64,000 nt of DNA from Mobula hypostoma (lineage: Eukaryota). Positions 24,975 through 39,215 of this stretch are shown here, one piece after another. Each line of letters starts with the position of its first letter. Within the stretch, counting starts at the first letter, position 1. A program made the translations under genes and the position numbers. The stretch spans positions 54,748,001-54,812,000 of the forward strand of contig NC_086108.1 in the NCBI RefSeq assembly GCF_963921235.1. Reading direction: 5' to 3'. The notes below the pieces were generated by a model. The model was given only the letters and a program-made list of their open reading frames with translations, searched no databases and had not been told where the DNA came from.

Positions 24975-26720
24975 CGTAGGACATATGAGTAGAATTAGAC
25001 CATTTGGCACATCGAGTCTGCTTTGCCATTTCATCATGGCGACACCATTTTTCCTCTCAGCCCCAGTTGCTTGCCTTCTCCATGTATCCCTTCATGCCCT
25101 GACCAATCAAGAATTTGTCAACCTCTGCCTTAAATATATATACAGACTTGGCCTTCATAGCTGCCTATGGCTATGAATTTCACAGATTTGCTGTTTTGGC
25201 TAAAGAAATTCCTCCTTGTCTCCATTCTGAAAGGATGCCGCTCCATTTTGAAGCTATATCCTCTGGTTTTAGACTATCCCACCACAGGAAACATTCTTCC
25301 CACATCCACTCCATTAGGCCTTTCATAATTCAATAGGTTTCAATGAGGTCACCCTTCATTCTTCTGAATTCCAGTGATTACAGACCCAGTGTCCTCAAGT
25401 GCTCTTCATATGACAAGGTGTTCAAACCTGGGATCATTTCTGTGAACCTCATTTGAACCCTGTCCAGTTCCAGCCCATTCTTTCTATGATAAGAGGTCCA
25501 AAACTGCTCACAATACTCCAAGTGAAGCCTCACCAGTGCTTTATAAAGCCTCAACATTACATCCTTGCTTTTATATTCTAGTCCTCTTGCAATGAATGTT
25601 AACATTTCATTTGCCTTCCTCACCACAGACTCAACCTGCAAATTAACCTTTAGGAATCCTGCACAAGGACTCCCAAGTCCCTTTGCACCTCAGTTTTTTT
25701 AATATTTTCTCTCCATTTAGAAAATAGTCAACCCTTTCATTTCTTCTACCAAAGTCCATGACCATGCACTTCCTGACACTGTATTCCATGTACTATTTCT
25801 TTGCCCGTTCTCCTAATTTGTCTAGGTTCTTCTGTAGCCTCTCTACTTTCGCAAAACTCTCTGCCTCTCCACCTACCTTCATATCGTCTGCAAACTTTGC
25901 AACAAAGCCATCAATTCCATCATCCAAATCATTAACATATAATGTAAAAAGAATTGTTCCCAACACAGACCCCTGTGGAACACCACTAGTCACTGGCAGC
26001 AAACCAGAAAAGTCTCTATTTATTCCCACTTTTTGCCTTCTGGAATCAGCCACTGCTTTATCGCTTTATCCCTGCTAGAGTCTTCCCTGTAATATCGTGG
26101 GGTTGTAGCTTGTTAAGCAGCCTCATGTATGGCACTTTGTCAAAGGCCTTCTGAAAATCCAAATACACAACATCAACTGATTCTATCCTGCTTGTTATTT
26201 CTTCAAAGAGTTCCAACAAATAATTTGTCAGGCAAGATTTGTCCCTGAGGAAACCATAAAATAGGACTACCGCCTATTTTATCATGTGTCTCCAAGTACC
26301 CTGAAACCATATCTTAACTATTGACTCCAATATCTTCCCAACCACTGAGGTCAGACTAACTTCCTCTTTCCTTTCTTGAAGAGTGGAGTGACATTAGCAA
26401 TTTCTCAGTGTTCTGGAACCATTTCAGAATCTAGTGATTATTGAAAGATCATTACTAATGCCTCCACAATCTCTTCAGCTTCCTCTTTTCCCAAAAACCT
26501 CCTCTCTCGTGATGGTAACTTCACACAATTTATGACCCCTGACATCTGGAACTTCCACGATAGTACTAGTGTCTTCCAGAGAGAAGACTGATGCAAAATA
26601 TTTATTCAGTTCATCTGCCATTTCCTTGTTGCCTATTACCAATGTCATTTTCCAGCAGTCTGATATCCACTCTCACTTCTCTTTTACACTTTATGTATCT
26701 GAAGAAACTTCTGGTATCCT
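24975..26720 (-). mobile_element. CR1 LINE 3' portion, decayed
   Basis: TSGVPQGSVLG, KFADD, LYKALVRLHLEYCEQFW. Confidence 0.9.
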
Positions 26721-27083
26721 CAGTACTGTGCTTAGAGGAGGATAAATATGTGGAAATGTCTTTAAACTGGAGAGAGTCTATAACTAGTTTTCAATGCAGC
26801 AATTTGTGCGCCATTTTGATAAATGTTTTACAAAGCAGAACAATGCTAAGAAATATCAACAGTGCAAATTTTGGTGTCTTATTGTAAAACTGTTTTCTTC
26901 AGTAGTTAACAGAATAGAGTTGGAATAGATGCTGATTTGTTACAGGCACCCTTGACAAAATATATTATTCACTGTTGGTTATGGGGATCCTTTCTTTTTT
27001 GCTGATGTTAAGGCTCCCTGATGAGAACTGAAAGTCTTGAATAATTGATTTGCCAGTGATGTAACTGACTTTTTTTCTTGCAG

Positions 27084-27170
27084 GCAAATCTGTGGCAGAT
27101 TTGGAAACTGCATCAGATAATATTAAGAGCATGGGACAAAGTACATTTTTTCCATCCCTGGGCCACCAAG
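27084..27170 (+). CDS. DNAJC6: Auxilin exon (GKSVADLETASDNIKSMGQSTFFPSLGHQ)
   Basis: ttttttcttgcag acceptor, G|gtattt donor, 87 bp phase 1-1; resembles GQSGFFASLCWQ. Confidence 0.88.
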
Positions 27171-27816
27171 GTATTTGTGTTTTGGATAATCCTCTAATAA
27201 GTACTCCGACTCGTTCTCATAAATTTATTTTCAAGGTACATTGTAACTGTAAAGACGAAATGAGTATTGCATAACATGGGTGGCTGGCCTAATATCAACA
27301 CTTGCACTCCATTGTTAAAGGTTAATCATACTCTATTTCCTATAGCCACTTAAGTTTTGTTTGAGAAGAAAGCCAGTGTACATTAGGGGTTGAGACTGAG
27401 ATCTTATTGTTAATTTATCGAAGGAAAGTGATTTTTTTTTCCCTCTCTCACCACTTCTTCCAGGGAAGTCTATCATTAGGATCGGGGCAATATATTTTTT
27501 TTAATGTTCATATTTGTTATTGATGGGAGGGGTATGGAGAGCTTATAGTCCAGATACAGATTGATAGGATTAAGCAAAATAATAGTTTGGCATGGACCAG
27601 ATAAGCTAAAGGGCCTGTTTCTGTGCTCTTGTGCTCTGACTCTGAGCTGTGAAACAGAAATCATCTTGATTTCAGATTCATGTCAGAGATAATTAAAAAT
27701 TTTGCACAGAACAAGCAAAAATAGCATTTTCTTCAAAATTAAATATGACCTTTTCTAATTTGATAATCTTGTTTAACAGAATTACAGTGTAAATCATCTT
27801 TGCAATTGCTTCCTAG

Positions 27817-28218
27817 AAACAAGAGGTGACAAGAACGGTGCTAATCCACCTTCAGAAGACCGAGCAGCTCTTGTAAATGAAGATAGCGAGCCATCTGACG
27901 ATGAACTTCTGTCACTCTCCAGCCAACACAGTACTGCTAGCACAGAGAAACAGCATAGGATACAGCAAAGTTGCAAAGCACAGGCACCTTCTCAGTCCTC
28001 AGCCCCTGAAAGTGTGGATCTTCTTGGCTTAAATGGAGATGTTGCAGGCCAGACCTTTCCTCCTGTTGCTCAAGCCAGGTCTATGCCGACCAACTCTGAC
28101 TTGCTCAATGATTTGTTCGGCAGCACCTCCTCTATTCCATCAGCTCCAGGTTCAGCCCATTCTACCCCTCGAAGGTCTGCAGGCTCTCCCTCTCTATCAC
28201 CATCGAGAATCAATGAAG
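27817..28218 (+). CDS. DNAJC6: Auxilin exon, clathrin-binding region (EDRAALVNEDSEPSDDELLSLSS...VDLLGL...DLLNDLFG...STPRRS)
   Basis: ttcctag acceptor, G|gtattg donor, 402 bp open; DLL motifs. Confidence 0.93.
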
Positions 28219-30008
28219 GTATTGATTGTAGCTGTGTAACAACGCTGCAGAATATTAAACTAAGCTCTATGCAAACTGAATTATTTTAGTGGCCTTTCAA
28301 TATCTAAATTAAATTAAAATGTGATTTTGTTATGTTAAGATATATTTTATAGTATTTTAATATGCCTGCATCAGTTTCATTACATATTTAATACACAGAC
28401 TGAGAAATTCCTTGGCCATTGTGGTGTACACCATATGAGAAAATGAAATCTTCATTTTGTTCATTACACTAAGAGCTGGTGTTTGATATGGGTTCAGGCT
28501 CTTGCTGAGTTAACTGATCTCATCTGGTGCGGCAGCAGGGGTCTTGGCTGAGATTGACTCTTCAGAAGTGGCATTGGGCAGGGTGGAAAATCAATCTGCA
28601 AAATTTTTCTTGTCAATTGAACTTAATTATGATGGATCCGAATTAAATGTTTTGACATCTGTCAATCTTATTCTCTGCATTTTTTCCCTGATTTTCTGGA
28701 TGTGGGAAAGATTGCTATTTTAATTTAGTGAGATAACATTTTGTTTCATTTATCTATTTGGTATGCAGTGCTATGTTACTCGATATCTGATTACATTCAT
28801 TATGTAATGTTATTATGCTGCTTGCCAAATGTAGTCTTTGCAACATGATGGTTTTTATTTAGAAGAAAAATATTCTTTTCATTTTTCTCTTTTAGTATTC
28901 CCCACCTTTCATTTCAGCTTAAAATGAAGTTTTGTTTATTGGGTTCCTGAAAAGTTGGTAACTCTAAAAGTTGAGTAACACATACACAATGCTGGAGGAA
29001 CTTGGCAGGTCAGGCAGTATTTAAAGATGGAAATGCAGTAAATACCTAACATTTTTGGTCAAGACCCTTCATCAGGACAGGAAAGAAAGGGTACAATATG
29101 AAAAGTTGGCAGGTAATATGGCATTTGAGTATGTCACACCCTCAGAAATACAAGAATCTGTAAAGTTGTAATTGTTAATAAGTGGCAGCCTAAAAGCCAA
29201 TTAGATTTCATCAGAGGTAGAAGGTAGTGTTTCTTCATCACCATTATCCTGCCCCTCCCTCCCCCACCACCCTGCAATCCTGAGGAGGACTGTTTGACAT
29301 AAACATGGAGAAGTGTTGCAAACTTTGTATTGTGAATTCTTGAAAATTTTTCCTCACCGTTTGGGGAAAATGTGGGGCATGTAATTTCACAACCTTTCAG
29401 CATTTTGGCAAGCATAATTTTGACTTTTCAAATCTGTGGACCAGTTCAGCCAGGGTATTGCATTCTTACTGAACAGATATAAAGCCAGTGTCCAGTTAAC
29501 CTTCAAATGCCATATGCTTGTACTAATACAACCAGACTGCGTGCAGTTCCAATTCCTAAAAAGAAATAGCAAGACCTAGAATCTGTGTTGAAAAGTTTGA
29601 AGTGCGTTAATTTCAATTATACGGATTAACGTATCAGAGGTACACAAAGCGTCAACTGTGCTCTTACTGTTCATGTGTACAATGCAAGCTGAAAAAGTTG
29701 GATTGCTGCCTGTCTGTTCAATCGTACTACTTCTGGAAGTAGTCAAAAATAAATTAATTGGCCAGCAGCTGACTTCCCTCCAAACGTCACAAGTTTCTGA
29801 ACCTCATCTGGTTGAACCCACAAACTCCATCTTTTGTTAAGTGATTGTTTGGCTAAGTGACCTTTAGAGTTGATTTTCGTGCTGGTTTATTTTCCAAGTT
29901 GCTTCTCCCTTTCAAACTAGGTAATGTGACCAGATAGTATAGATCAGAAAGTTTCCAAGTGAGCATGTTAGAAATTTAATAATTATGGACAACACGAAGA
30001 ATAGAAGG

Positions 30009-30168
30009 GCAACACACACAAATGGAAAAAAGTCAGTGCCAAAGGGTTTCGGCCTGAAACGTTGACTGTACTTTTTTCCACTGATGCTTCCTGGCCTGCT
30101 GAGTTCCTGCAGCATTTTGTGTGTGTTGCTTGGATTTCCAGCATCTGCAAATTTTCTCTTGTTTGTTG
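30009..30168. mobile_element. Short PLE-derived fold-back remnant
   Basis: gcaacacacacaaa / tttgtgtgtgttgc inverted ends, partial hammerhead (gggtttcggcctgaaacgttgact), near-TSD gaagaata(g)aagg. Confidence 0.7.
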
Positions 30169-30529
30169 GAAGAATAAAGGAACTAATGTTCTGTTTGTTT
30201 AAAGATTTATGCTCCTGCTATGTCAGAAAATTATTCATTTTATTTGCATTTTATGGTATTGTGTGATTCTACAAAATGATCAGGCATGAGCTAAACATTA
30301 TTTAAACTGGTTGACTGGAAATTAGGATTATTCCCAACATCCAAGTTAGTGATTAATGGTTTCAATGATTATATCCATAAGAAACTTGAATGTATTTCTT
30401 GCTCTAATTAAGTTAAACATTTAGTTATAACATGTGTATTAATGGATTGCATGGATGTGTGGGGTTGTTTAGAAATGTAGTTTTGTTTATTGGGTTCCTG
30501 AAAAGTTGGTAACTCTAAATGTTGAGTAT

Positions 30530-31330
30530 CAGGGGAACTTGGCAGGTCAGGCAGCATTTAAGGATGGAAATACAGTAAATAGCTAACATTTTTGGCCAAG
30601 GCCCTTGATCAGGACAGGAAAAGAAAGGGTACAATATGAGAAATTGGCAGGTGATAGGTGGAAGCAGTAAAAAGTTGGAAGAAAAAAGAATGTAATAGGT
30701 GAGGACAATGGAATAAAGGAAAGGAGGTATGGAACTGGAGGGAGGTGAAGGGCAGGTCATGAGTGTGGGAAAGGAGAAGAGAAGGGGTGAGAGAGCTGCC
30801 AGAATGGGAGAAAACAGAAATGGTGGTGTTGGTGGTGGAGTTAGGGCTGGGGGGGGAGGTGGAGGAAACAGAGGAGAGTGGTTGTCAGAAGTTAGAGAAA
30901 TCAATGTTCATGCCCTCTGGTTGGGGAATACACAGAGAATAAGAGGTGTTGCTCCTCCAACCTGGCTTTGCCCCCATCGTGGCAGTAGAGGCCATATCCT
31001 CTCCTATCAGATTTCTTCTTCATCCCTTCCTTTACCTTTTCCACCTATCTGCTCTCAGTTTCTCACATGAAGCCCCCTCCCCCACCAACCCACCTTCCCC
31101 TTCAACTGTTCTCATCTATCAGCTGCCAGTTTGTACTCCTCTCCTATTCCCCCCCAACACCACCCCCACACGACCACCACCTTATTCTGGCTTCTGCCCC
31201 TTCCTTTCCAGTCCCGATGAATAGTCTGAAATGTTGACTATCCATAGATGCAGCCTGACCTGCTGAGTTCCTCCAGCGTTTTGTGTGTGTGTGTCTCAAG
31301 ATTTCCAGTATCTGCAAAATTTCTGTCAGT
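30530..31330. mobile_element. Old inverted pair of PLE 3' ends
   Basis: Purine-rich then pyrimidine-rich halves; PLE terminal sequence at both ends in opposite orientation. Confidence 0.65.
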
Positions 31331-31372
31331 TCCAATTGTTAACATGTTTAATTAACTATATTGTTATCTTAG

Positions 31373-31549
31373 GAACAACATTTGATCCCTTTGATTCTCA
31401 TGCCAACCAAAACAATCAAGATTTACTTGGTGTTTTTCTCAGTCGGAGTGGTGCAACTTCTCCGGTTGGGCAAGCAGAGCCATTCCTGCACACAGCCAGG
31501 GCACCATCTCCTACACCACATAGTCCTGCTGGTGATCCTTTTAACATGG
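31373..31549 (+). CDS. DNAJC6: Auxilin exon (GTTFDPFDSH...QDLLGVFL...PSPTPHSPAGDPFNM)
   Basis: atcttag acceptor, G|gtaagg donor, 177 bp; DPF and DLL motifs. Confidence 0.93.
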
Positions 31550-33822
31550 GTAAGGATTCAATGGATGAACTTTTAACTAAAACTGAATGCTTAATTATTA
31601 CACTGATGTAAGTGTTGGTGAGCAATTGTTTTTACTTTGCTTCTGTCCTACAAAGAATGTAGTTATGTTTGGTCAGTGCCAGCATACAATGAAAATGTTT
31701 TATAATGTTAAGAACAAATTTTTAATTTAAAATAAGATGAATTATTGTAATACAAAAATTTTAGTTGCAAATGCTTTTCAGCGTGGCATTGTACTTGTAT
31801 GAAGGAGAGTTATGCAGTTATTTGTTATCCTCGAGTTACCTTGTGCCTGAAGCCACTCACCACCTGGGAATGCTGGGAATGTCAGGAATGTGCACCTCTG
31901 GTTCTTTAAAATGAGTCATAGTTATTGCACAGTATGGAACCAGGTTCTTCAGCCAAACATGTCCAAACAGCTTCCTGATCTAGTCCCATTTCCCCGCAAT
32001 GTTTTTCAAACACTTTACTGCTTGCTCTAGCAAGGACTTCTCTTCCCCCTGGAGTGCAGAAGGAGGCTGAGTGGTAAACTTTATAGAAGTTTATAAAATC
32101 ATTTGTGGAATAGTTAAGGTGAGTCGCTAAAGTCTTTTCCCTAAGGTGGGGAGTTCAAAATTAGAGGGCATAGTTCTAAAGTGAGAGGGAAAAGATTAAA
32201 GAGGACTTTTAAAGGTGGGTATAATTCTACTTTTAAAAGGTGTTTGGACAGTTATATGGATAGGAAAAGTTTAGAGGCTTATGCACCAAATATGGGCACA
32301 TAGGGCTAGCTCAGATAGCTAAATTGCTCTATCAACATGGATTTTAGAAGTATCAGCTTTACTTTTTACAATGAAAAATCATATTATTAATATTGTTAGC
32401 TAGATAATTTTCTGATTAATGGTTAAATTATGGTGACCTGACTGCAGCAATAGGTTTGACAAATAAATTCTTAAAGTGTTTTTTTGAAACATTGCTGTCA
32501 TTTGAAATGAATGGTCTATGTCAGACTGAGTTGCATTTTAATGGTTGCAAGTGTGCAGCTGTATTGAGAATTTAATTCACAATTGTTAGGTGAACAACTG
32601 GGTGTGTGGCAATGGTACAGTCAAGATGTTCCTGAGCTACAGTTTGAGGTATCTTGGAGCAATTTTGCACTAAATTTGTGTTGCAAATAATAAAACATGA
32701 AGGGGAAAAAAACATATTGGGGCAGAACACCTGGTGATCAAAGGAGATAGAGAGACCCTCTGAATGAAAAGCTCTACTTACTTTCAGATTGAGAAATCTG
32801 CAGACGTTGGCACTGAACTGACATGGGCTCCATGAGGCCAGCACTGGATTGGAAAATTTTAGTTACGGCAAGCGATTGGATTGGTTGGATTTGTTCTCTT
32901 TGGGGTAAAGTGGAAGAGATGTGATCTGGAGGTATACATAAGATTACGAGAGACAATGTTAGAATGAATAGTCAAAACCCTTTTCCATTCCTAGTGATAA
33001 CAATAACAAGAGCATAATTTGAAGTGAGAAGTAAGAGTTTTAAAGGGGGTATAAGGGTTAAGTTTTTTTTTCTGGCAGTGGTTGATATCTGAAATACACT
33101 GCCAGAAGACTGGTGGATTCAGATACAATTACTATGGTTAAGAGCCAACCAGACCCTTTCTTAAAAAAAAAAGTAAGACAAAAAAGATAATAGTCCTAAC
33201 ACAGGTAAATGGGATTGGTGTAAATGGGCAAAACATTACCATGGACATGATGGGCTGAATGGCCTGTTTCTGTGCTGTATGATTCTATGACTTTATGCTG
33301 CTGTTGCAATTTCACATTCCACTCAGTTTTTTGGTTTATCCTCCTCTATGAACAATAAGTCAACTACTCAAAAACATTTGATGGTATAATTTCCTTGGCT
33401 CACAATTGAGAGTGTAAAAAGTGGAGATAACTTGAAATGGAAGGTAAGTGAAACTGGAAAACATTGGCAATATGTAGCAAACCAGGCAGCATCTGCGGAG
33501 CGATGAAAGATGTGTAATTTCAATTCTCTTTCATCTGCCCTCTCCGTGCTTCCCTACTTGCAGCATTTTGTGCTTTTATTTTAGACTTCTGATCATCTGA
33601 ATTATTTTGCATTTGTGCCAGTGTAGCATTTTATACTCCTGCCCTGACGTCTTCTGTAAATGGAGGTTAACGTAAGACGCTTTTTTATGCCTGGTCCCAG
33701 TGACGTCTAGGTATTTGTTTCAATATTTAGCTGACTCCCTTGGGTGTATGTTGCAATAATGCTGCAGATTTTGTTTTAAAGAAAAAAATTGTATGATACG
33801 TTGTTAAATATTGTTTACTTAG

Positions 33823-33954
33823 GTAGAATCTCCCCTGTCCTGCCATGTACTCCAGCTGTCTCCGTTCAGCCAGATCTTATGGGAGGATGGAGCTTGGGAT
33901 CTTCCAGTTCATCTGCTGGTTCAGCAGCCTGGGCAAACAGAACAGCCTCCTCAG
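33823..33954 (+). CDS. DNAJC6: Auxilin exon (GRISPVLPCTPAVSVQPDLMGGWSLG...NRTASS)
   Basis: tttacttag acceptor, G|gttaaa donor, 132 bp in frame; resembles TPAVNIQPDVSGGW. Confidence 0.85.
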
Positions 33955-35748
33955 GTTAAACATAGCATTCTGCAACAAATATATTTTATGCATCTGTTGA
34001 CAATAGCTAGCTACCTGGGATTGTCAAGGATTGAATTCATCTAAGCAACCCATGCAAAATGCTGGAGGAAACCAGAAAGTCAGTTCCTCAAGCATTTTAT
34101 GTGTAGTACTCAAGATTTCCAGCATCAGCAGAATCTCTCTTGACCTTGGATTATGTGATTTCATTTTCTGTTGCTGTGTGGTACTGCCATAGTTCTTCCT
34201 GTACCTCTTCTTTCCCCCTTATTCTGAATCAACAGATGGTCTTCCAGCAGAGTTATGGTTTCCTGGTGTTTGAGTTATTCTTTGGCTTTTGTAACTTAAT
34301 CTTGCAGGGACAACGTGTAAACAAAACAACTTGAGGAAAGCTGAAAAGAGAGTACTAGAGTACAGGAAGCCGTCAAGAGTGTAAAGACCATGTGTGTTTC
34401 TAGGAAAAGTTAATTAATGCTGAGAATGGTTGTAGGCAATGATTTATTGACTGTTTCTTGCTGCACTGAGTAGCTGTTGCCATAAATTGCTAATGTTAAT
34501 GAAGTGAATTTATGCCAATGTATTTAAATGGATTACAGTACAGATTTTGATCCTACAATGTTGAAGGATCAGTTGGAATGGAGGAGGTACTACAAGTAGT
34601 GGTGTTTCCATGTGCCTGCAGTTAATTTCTTTTGAAGCTAATGGAAGTGTAGGTGATGTAAACTACAATGTTAAAAGGGGACCACATATTTAATTTGTTG
34701 TGTTGGGATTCCATGCAAGCAGATTGGCTTTGTGTTGAACATTTTTCTTTCCACTGTTGGAACTACACTTATTCAACAAAGAGGAGAATATTCCACTATA
34801 CTCCTGATTTGGGCCTTGTGGATGGTGTAAAGATTTTGTGGAGTCCAGAGACAAGCCACTTGCTGCAGTAAGTCCCACCTCTAATCTCTTCTTGTGGTTG
34901 CAATTATGTGTGGCTGGTTCAGTTGATCTTTGATCAATTGTGACCTACCCAGGATGTTGATGATGGGGTTGCTCAATGATGTTATTGCCATTGAATGTCA
35001 GGGAGGTTTGGTGGGGTGAAAGAGTTAAAATGCCATTCAATTCCAATTGAGTTGTTGTGCTGTTGGGATTGCACTAAGGCTAGAATAGGGAAGGACAGCA
35101 GATTTCATTCCTAGCAACATCAGTGCATCTGTTTGGTTTTGGTACATTTTGCAGCCTCATGGGCAATTTTGTAACAGTAGATTTTTTTGCCAAGTTACAA
35201 AATGCATTTTGATGGTAGAAATTGAATAAATTTCAGAAAGTCTCGGCGTCCTTGATACAAGACTTGAACGTCAAATAACTGTGTTAAGTAAATATGGTTG
35301 CCTCTAGGCAGGTGTCCATAGCACAGTAATATTTAAAATTTGCAAGTTATTGGTAGTGACACTGATCTGAGGAAATGAGAAATGCATCAGAGAGTGCTAT
35401 TACAAAGAGAATGGAGTAATGTGCTTTTACCTGCAACCAAACATCAAAGAATTAATGCTAGGAGAGATTTAAATATTAATATTGGTTCCTTAAACAGAAA
35501 TATGGCAGTCAGCTTTCATACACATGAAGATCATCCAAAACATTCAATTAAATCGAGCTTTCAGGTGAAAATGTTGGATAGGGTTGTGTTCCACATTGAC
35601 TGTACCCTGCACAGGTATTTGTGGAACAATGACGAGGCTAGGATTAATTACAAAAATGTCAGATATCATTTACCTAGCTGGCACTGAATGCTTGCTGAAA
35701 ATCTCGGGAAAAAGTGATCAAAGTGGAATAAAGTCACAGAAATCAGTA

Positions 35749-36262
35749 AACACACATAAAAGTTGCTGGTGAACGCAGCAGGCCAGGCAGCATCTCTAGG
35801 AAGAGGTACAGTCGACGTTTCAGGTCGAAACCCTTTGTCAGGACTAACTGAAAGGAGAGATAGAGATTTGAAAGTGGGAGGGGGAGGGAGAGATCTGAAA
35901 TGATAGGAGAAGACAGGAGGGGGAGGGATGGAGCCAAGAGCTGGACAGGTGATATGAGAGGATCATGGGACAGGAGGCCTAGGGAGAAAGAAAAGGGGGG
36001 GGGGAGAAAACCAGGGGATGGGCAAGGGGTATAGTGAGAGGGACAGAGGGAGAAAAAGGAGAGAGAGAAAAAGAATGTGTGTATATAAATAAATAACAGA
36101 TGGGGTACGAAGGGGAGGTGGGGCCTTAGCAGAAGTTAGAGAAGTCGATGTTCATGCCATCAGGTTGGAGGCTACCCAGATGGAATATAAGGTGTTGTTC
36201 CTCCAACCTGAGTGTGGCTTCATCTTTACAGCAGAGGAGGCCGTGGATAGACATATCAGAAT
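35749..36262 (-). mobile_element. 5'-truncated Penelope-like 3' end
   Basis: Highly similar to 22073-22590; hammerhead at 35810-35845 has a mutated core (CTGACAA). Confidence 0.88.
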
Positions 36263-36789
36263 GTCTATCTGTAGACACGCAAGTAAACATGGAAGTTTGT
36301 ATAAAGAGAATATTACAATTTTGTATACCTGATTGAATTTACTGATTCTGCAAGAAAGTAAGGTAGACTTAAATCAATAGAAGCAGGATTATAGAAATGG
36401 CTCCTTCAAAGCAAGGCAGCTCAACTGGGTAAGATGTCATGAAAAATATGTTTTTTCAGAAATCACTATGATAATCAAAATTCATAAACATTAGCACAGG
36501 TTTTGATATTTGTGACCTTCATGATATATTCCTAGTTTTGTGATGTTTTGTGACAGTACATATTGCCAAAATGAGGTAATGGTCTTTATCCTCATAATGT
36601 TTAGGTCATAGTTTACTCAAGTGACTTTGGCTTTGACTGTGGAGCAGGTTATTGCCATGCCTTCAGGACAATATAGTAATGCATACTATTGGTGGTGGGT
36701 GAGGTTATAAGTGACTTACTGTATAATTTTAATGTATAGACCAAAAATGAGTTAGTATTTACATTTTGCTTTCATCTTTTTGCAAACAG

Positions 36790-36924
36790 GAGGGGTCATG
36801 GGTGTGAGCAGGTCAGCCAACACAAGTCCTACAAGCTCTATACAGAGTACCCCGACACGTCAGTCCAAGCCACAGACACTGGATCCCTTTGCAGACCTGG
36901 GTGCGCTTGGTGCCAATTTAGCAG
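36790..36924 (+). CDS. DNAJC6: Auxilin exon (GGVMGVSRSANTSPTSSIQSTPTRQSKPQTLDPFADLGALGANLA)
   Basis: cag acceptor after a T-rich tract, G|gttagt donor; QSKPQTLDPFADLG matches auxilin. Confidence 0.94.
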
Positions 36925-37900
36925 GTTAGTTCTGTCAGATATATTAACTTGTTCCTCTTTGTGGAGATGTTGGTGAAGAGGAAACTGCCTTGTGGTGCAG
37001 CAAATGCCGTTAAAGAAAGCTCTTAACATGGAAAATTGTTCCGTGCTAATTTCAGGAAACCTGAGGAAAATAGATACTAGGCTAAATAATTCAATTTTTG
37101 TTGTGTATGTGGATGATCTGGATAACCAAATATTTATTCAGTTAGAGGTTTTAGTGAGGTTCTAAATTTAGGAGGAAGAGGTGGGATTTGGTGGAGAATT
37201 TCTGACAATGGGCTGTCAGTGGTGATTGTAAGCAGCTGCTAATAGAGGCCACCGGATGGACAAAATGCACTTATTATGGTCTGTGAGGTTTCACAGAATG
37301 TAGATTCGAGGCGGACTTAGATGTTTATATGTAAGTGGTGGAAAATACCAGTTCTTTTTCAAGTGATTGAAATTTTAGTTTAGATAGAAAATGAGTGCAG
37401 ACTGCAATGATCTAGACAGGGTGAAAGTGAGAATGTGTTTAATTTGCTGCCTGTCTAAAGAAAGGAACTATTCCTTGGTATTATGTTCAGTACTGTACTG
37501 AAGAAACCTGGATTGAATATTTGTAAGTATGTAGAATACAAAAACAATCTCCAGACTTTAATTGGAATATAACTAGAGAATGCACATTATCCTGGGATTC
37601 ATGTGTTGCTTGTCCGTGGGTGAGAACAGCAAAGCAAGTGTTCACTTAATAACCTTTTTTATCCCATGTCTGTATTTACTGGGTTGGCTTCCTGGTATCC
37701 TTTTTATTTGGGTGATTTATATTGGAGGCCAATTTCAATACAACCTGGAGGGTGTGCTTGAGCATCTTTGTATTATAAATTTGTTGTGCTTAGAGAATAA
37801 CACATTGGTATAATATAGCTGCACAATAGATACTTCAGAATTGAAGTTGAATCAGGCAGTGCACAATGAGCGTCTGGAGGTCAGCAGAGGAAGTGGATAT

Positions 37901-39215
37901 TAGAACATAGAACATAGAATAGTACAGCACAGTACAGGCCCTTTGGCCCACAATGTTGTGCCGACCCTCAAACCCTGCCTCCCATATAAGCCCCCACCTT
38001 AGATTCCTCCATATACCTGTCTAGTAGTCTCTTAAAGTTCACTAGTGTATCTGCCTCCACCACTGACTCAGGCAGTGCATTCCACGCACCAACCACTCTC
38101 TGAGTAAAAAACCTTCCTCTAATATCCCCCTTGAACTTCCCACCCCTTGCCTTAAAGCCATGTCCTCTTGTATTGAGCAGTGGTGCCCTGGGGAAGAAGT
38201 GCTGGCTATCCACTCTATCTATTCCTCTTATTATCTTGTACACCTCTATCATGTCTCCTCTCATCCTCCTCTCCAAAGAGTAAAGCCCTAGCTCCCTTAA
38301 TCTCTGATCATAATGCATACTTTCTAAACCAGGCAGCATCCTGGTAAATCTCCTCTGTACCCTTTCCAATGCTTCCACATCCTTCCTATAGTGAGGTGAC
38401 CAGAACTGGACACAATACTCCAAGTGAGGCCTAACCAGAGTTTTATAGAGCTGCATCATTACATTGTGACTCTTAAACTCTATCCCTCGACTTATGAAAG
38501 CTAACACCCCATAAGCTTTCTTAACTACCCTATCCACCTGTGAGGCAACTTTCAGGGATCTGTGGACATGTACCCCGAGATCCCTCTGCTCCTCCACACT
38601 ACCAAGTATCCTGCCATTTACTTTGTACTCTGCCTTGGAGTTCGTCCTTCCAAAGTGTACCACCTCACACTTCTCTGGGTTGAACTCCATCTGCCACTTC
38701 TCAGCCCACTTCTGCATCCTATCAATGTCTCTCTGCAATCTTTGACAATCCTCTACACTATCTACAACACCACCAACCTTTGTGTTGTCTGCAAACTTGC
38801 CAACCCACCCTTCTACCCCCACATCCAAGTCGTTAATAAAAATCACGAAAAGTAGAGGTCCCAGAACAGATCCTTGTGGGACACCACGAGTCACAATCCT
38901 CCAATCTGAATTTACTCCCTCCACCACCACCCTCTGCCTTCTGCAGGCAAGCCAATTCTGAATCCACCTGGCCAAACTTCCCTGGATCCCATGCCTTCTA
39001 ACTTTCTGAATAAGCCTACCGTGTGGAACCTTGTCAAATGCCTTACTAAAATCCATATAGATCACATACACTGCACTACCCTCATCTATATGCCTGGTCA
39101 CCTCCTCAAAGAACTCTATCAGGCTTGTTAGACACGATCTGCCCTTCACAAAGCCTTGCTGGCTGTCCCTGATCAGACCATGATTCTCTGAATGCCTATA
39201 GATCCTATCTCTAAC
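37901..39215 (-). mobile_element. Young 5'-truncated CR1 LINE
   Basis: Uninterrupted 393-aa RT C-terminal ORF (37968..39149; DFSKAFDKVPH, GVPQGSVLGP, FADN); (CTATGTT)n 3' tail. Confidence 0.95.

Noticed and set aside
36787..36792. CAGGAG tandem acceptor
   Set aside because: The distal GAG is a poor acceptor and there is no evidence of use
37968..39149. 393-aa ORF (and the 600-aa ORF at 48099) as host genes
   Set aside because: CR1 reverse transcriptase with LINE tails and 5' truncation
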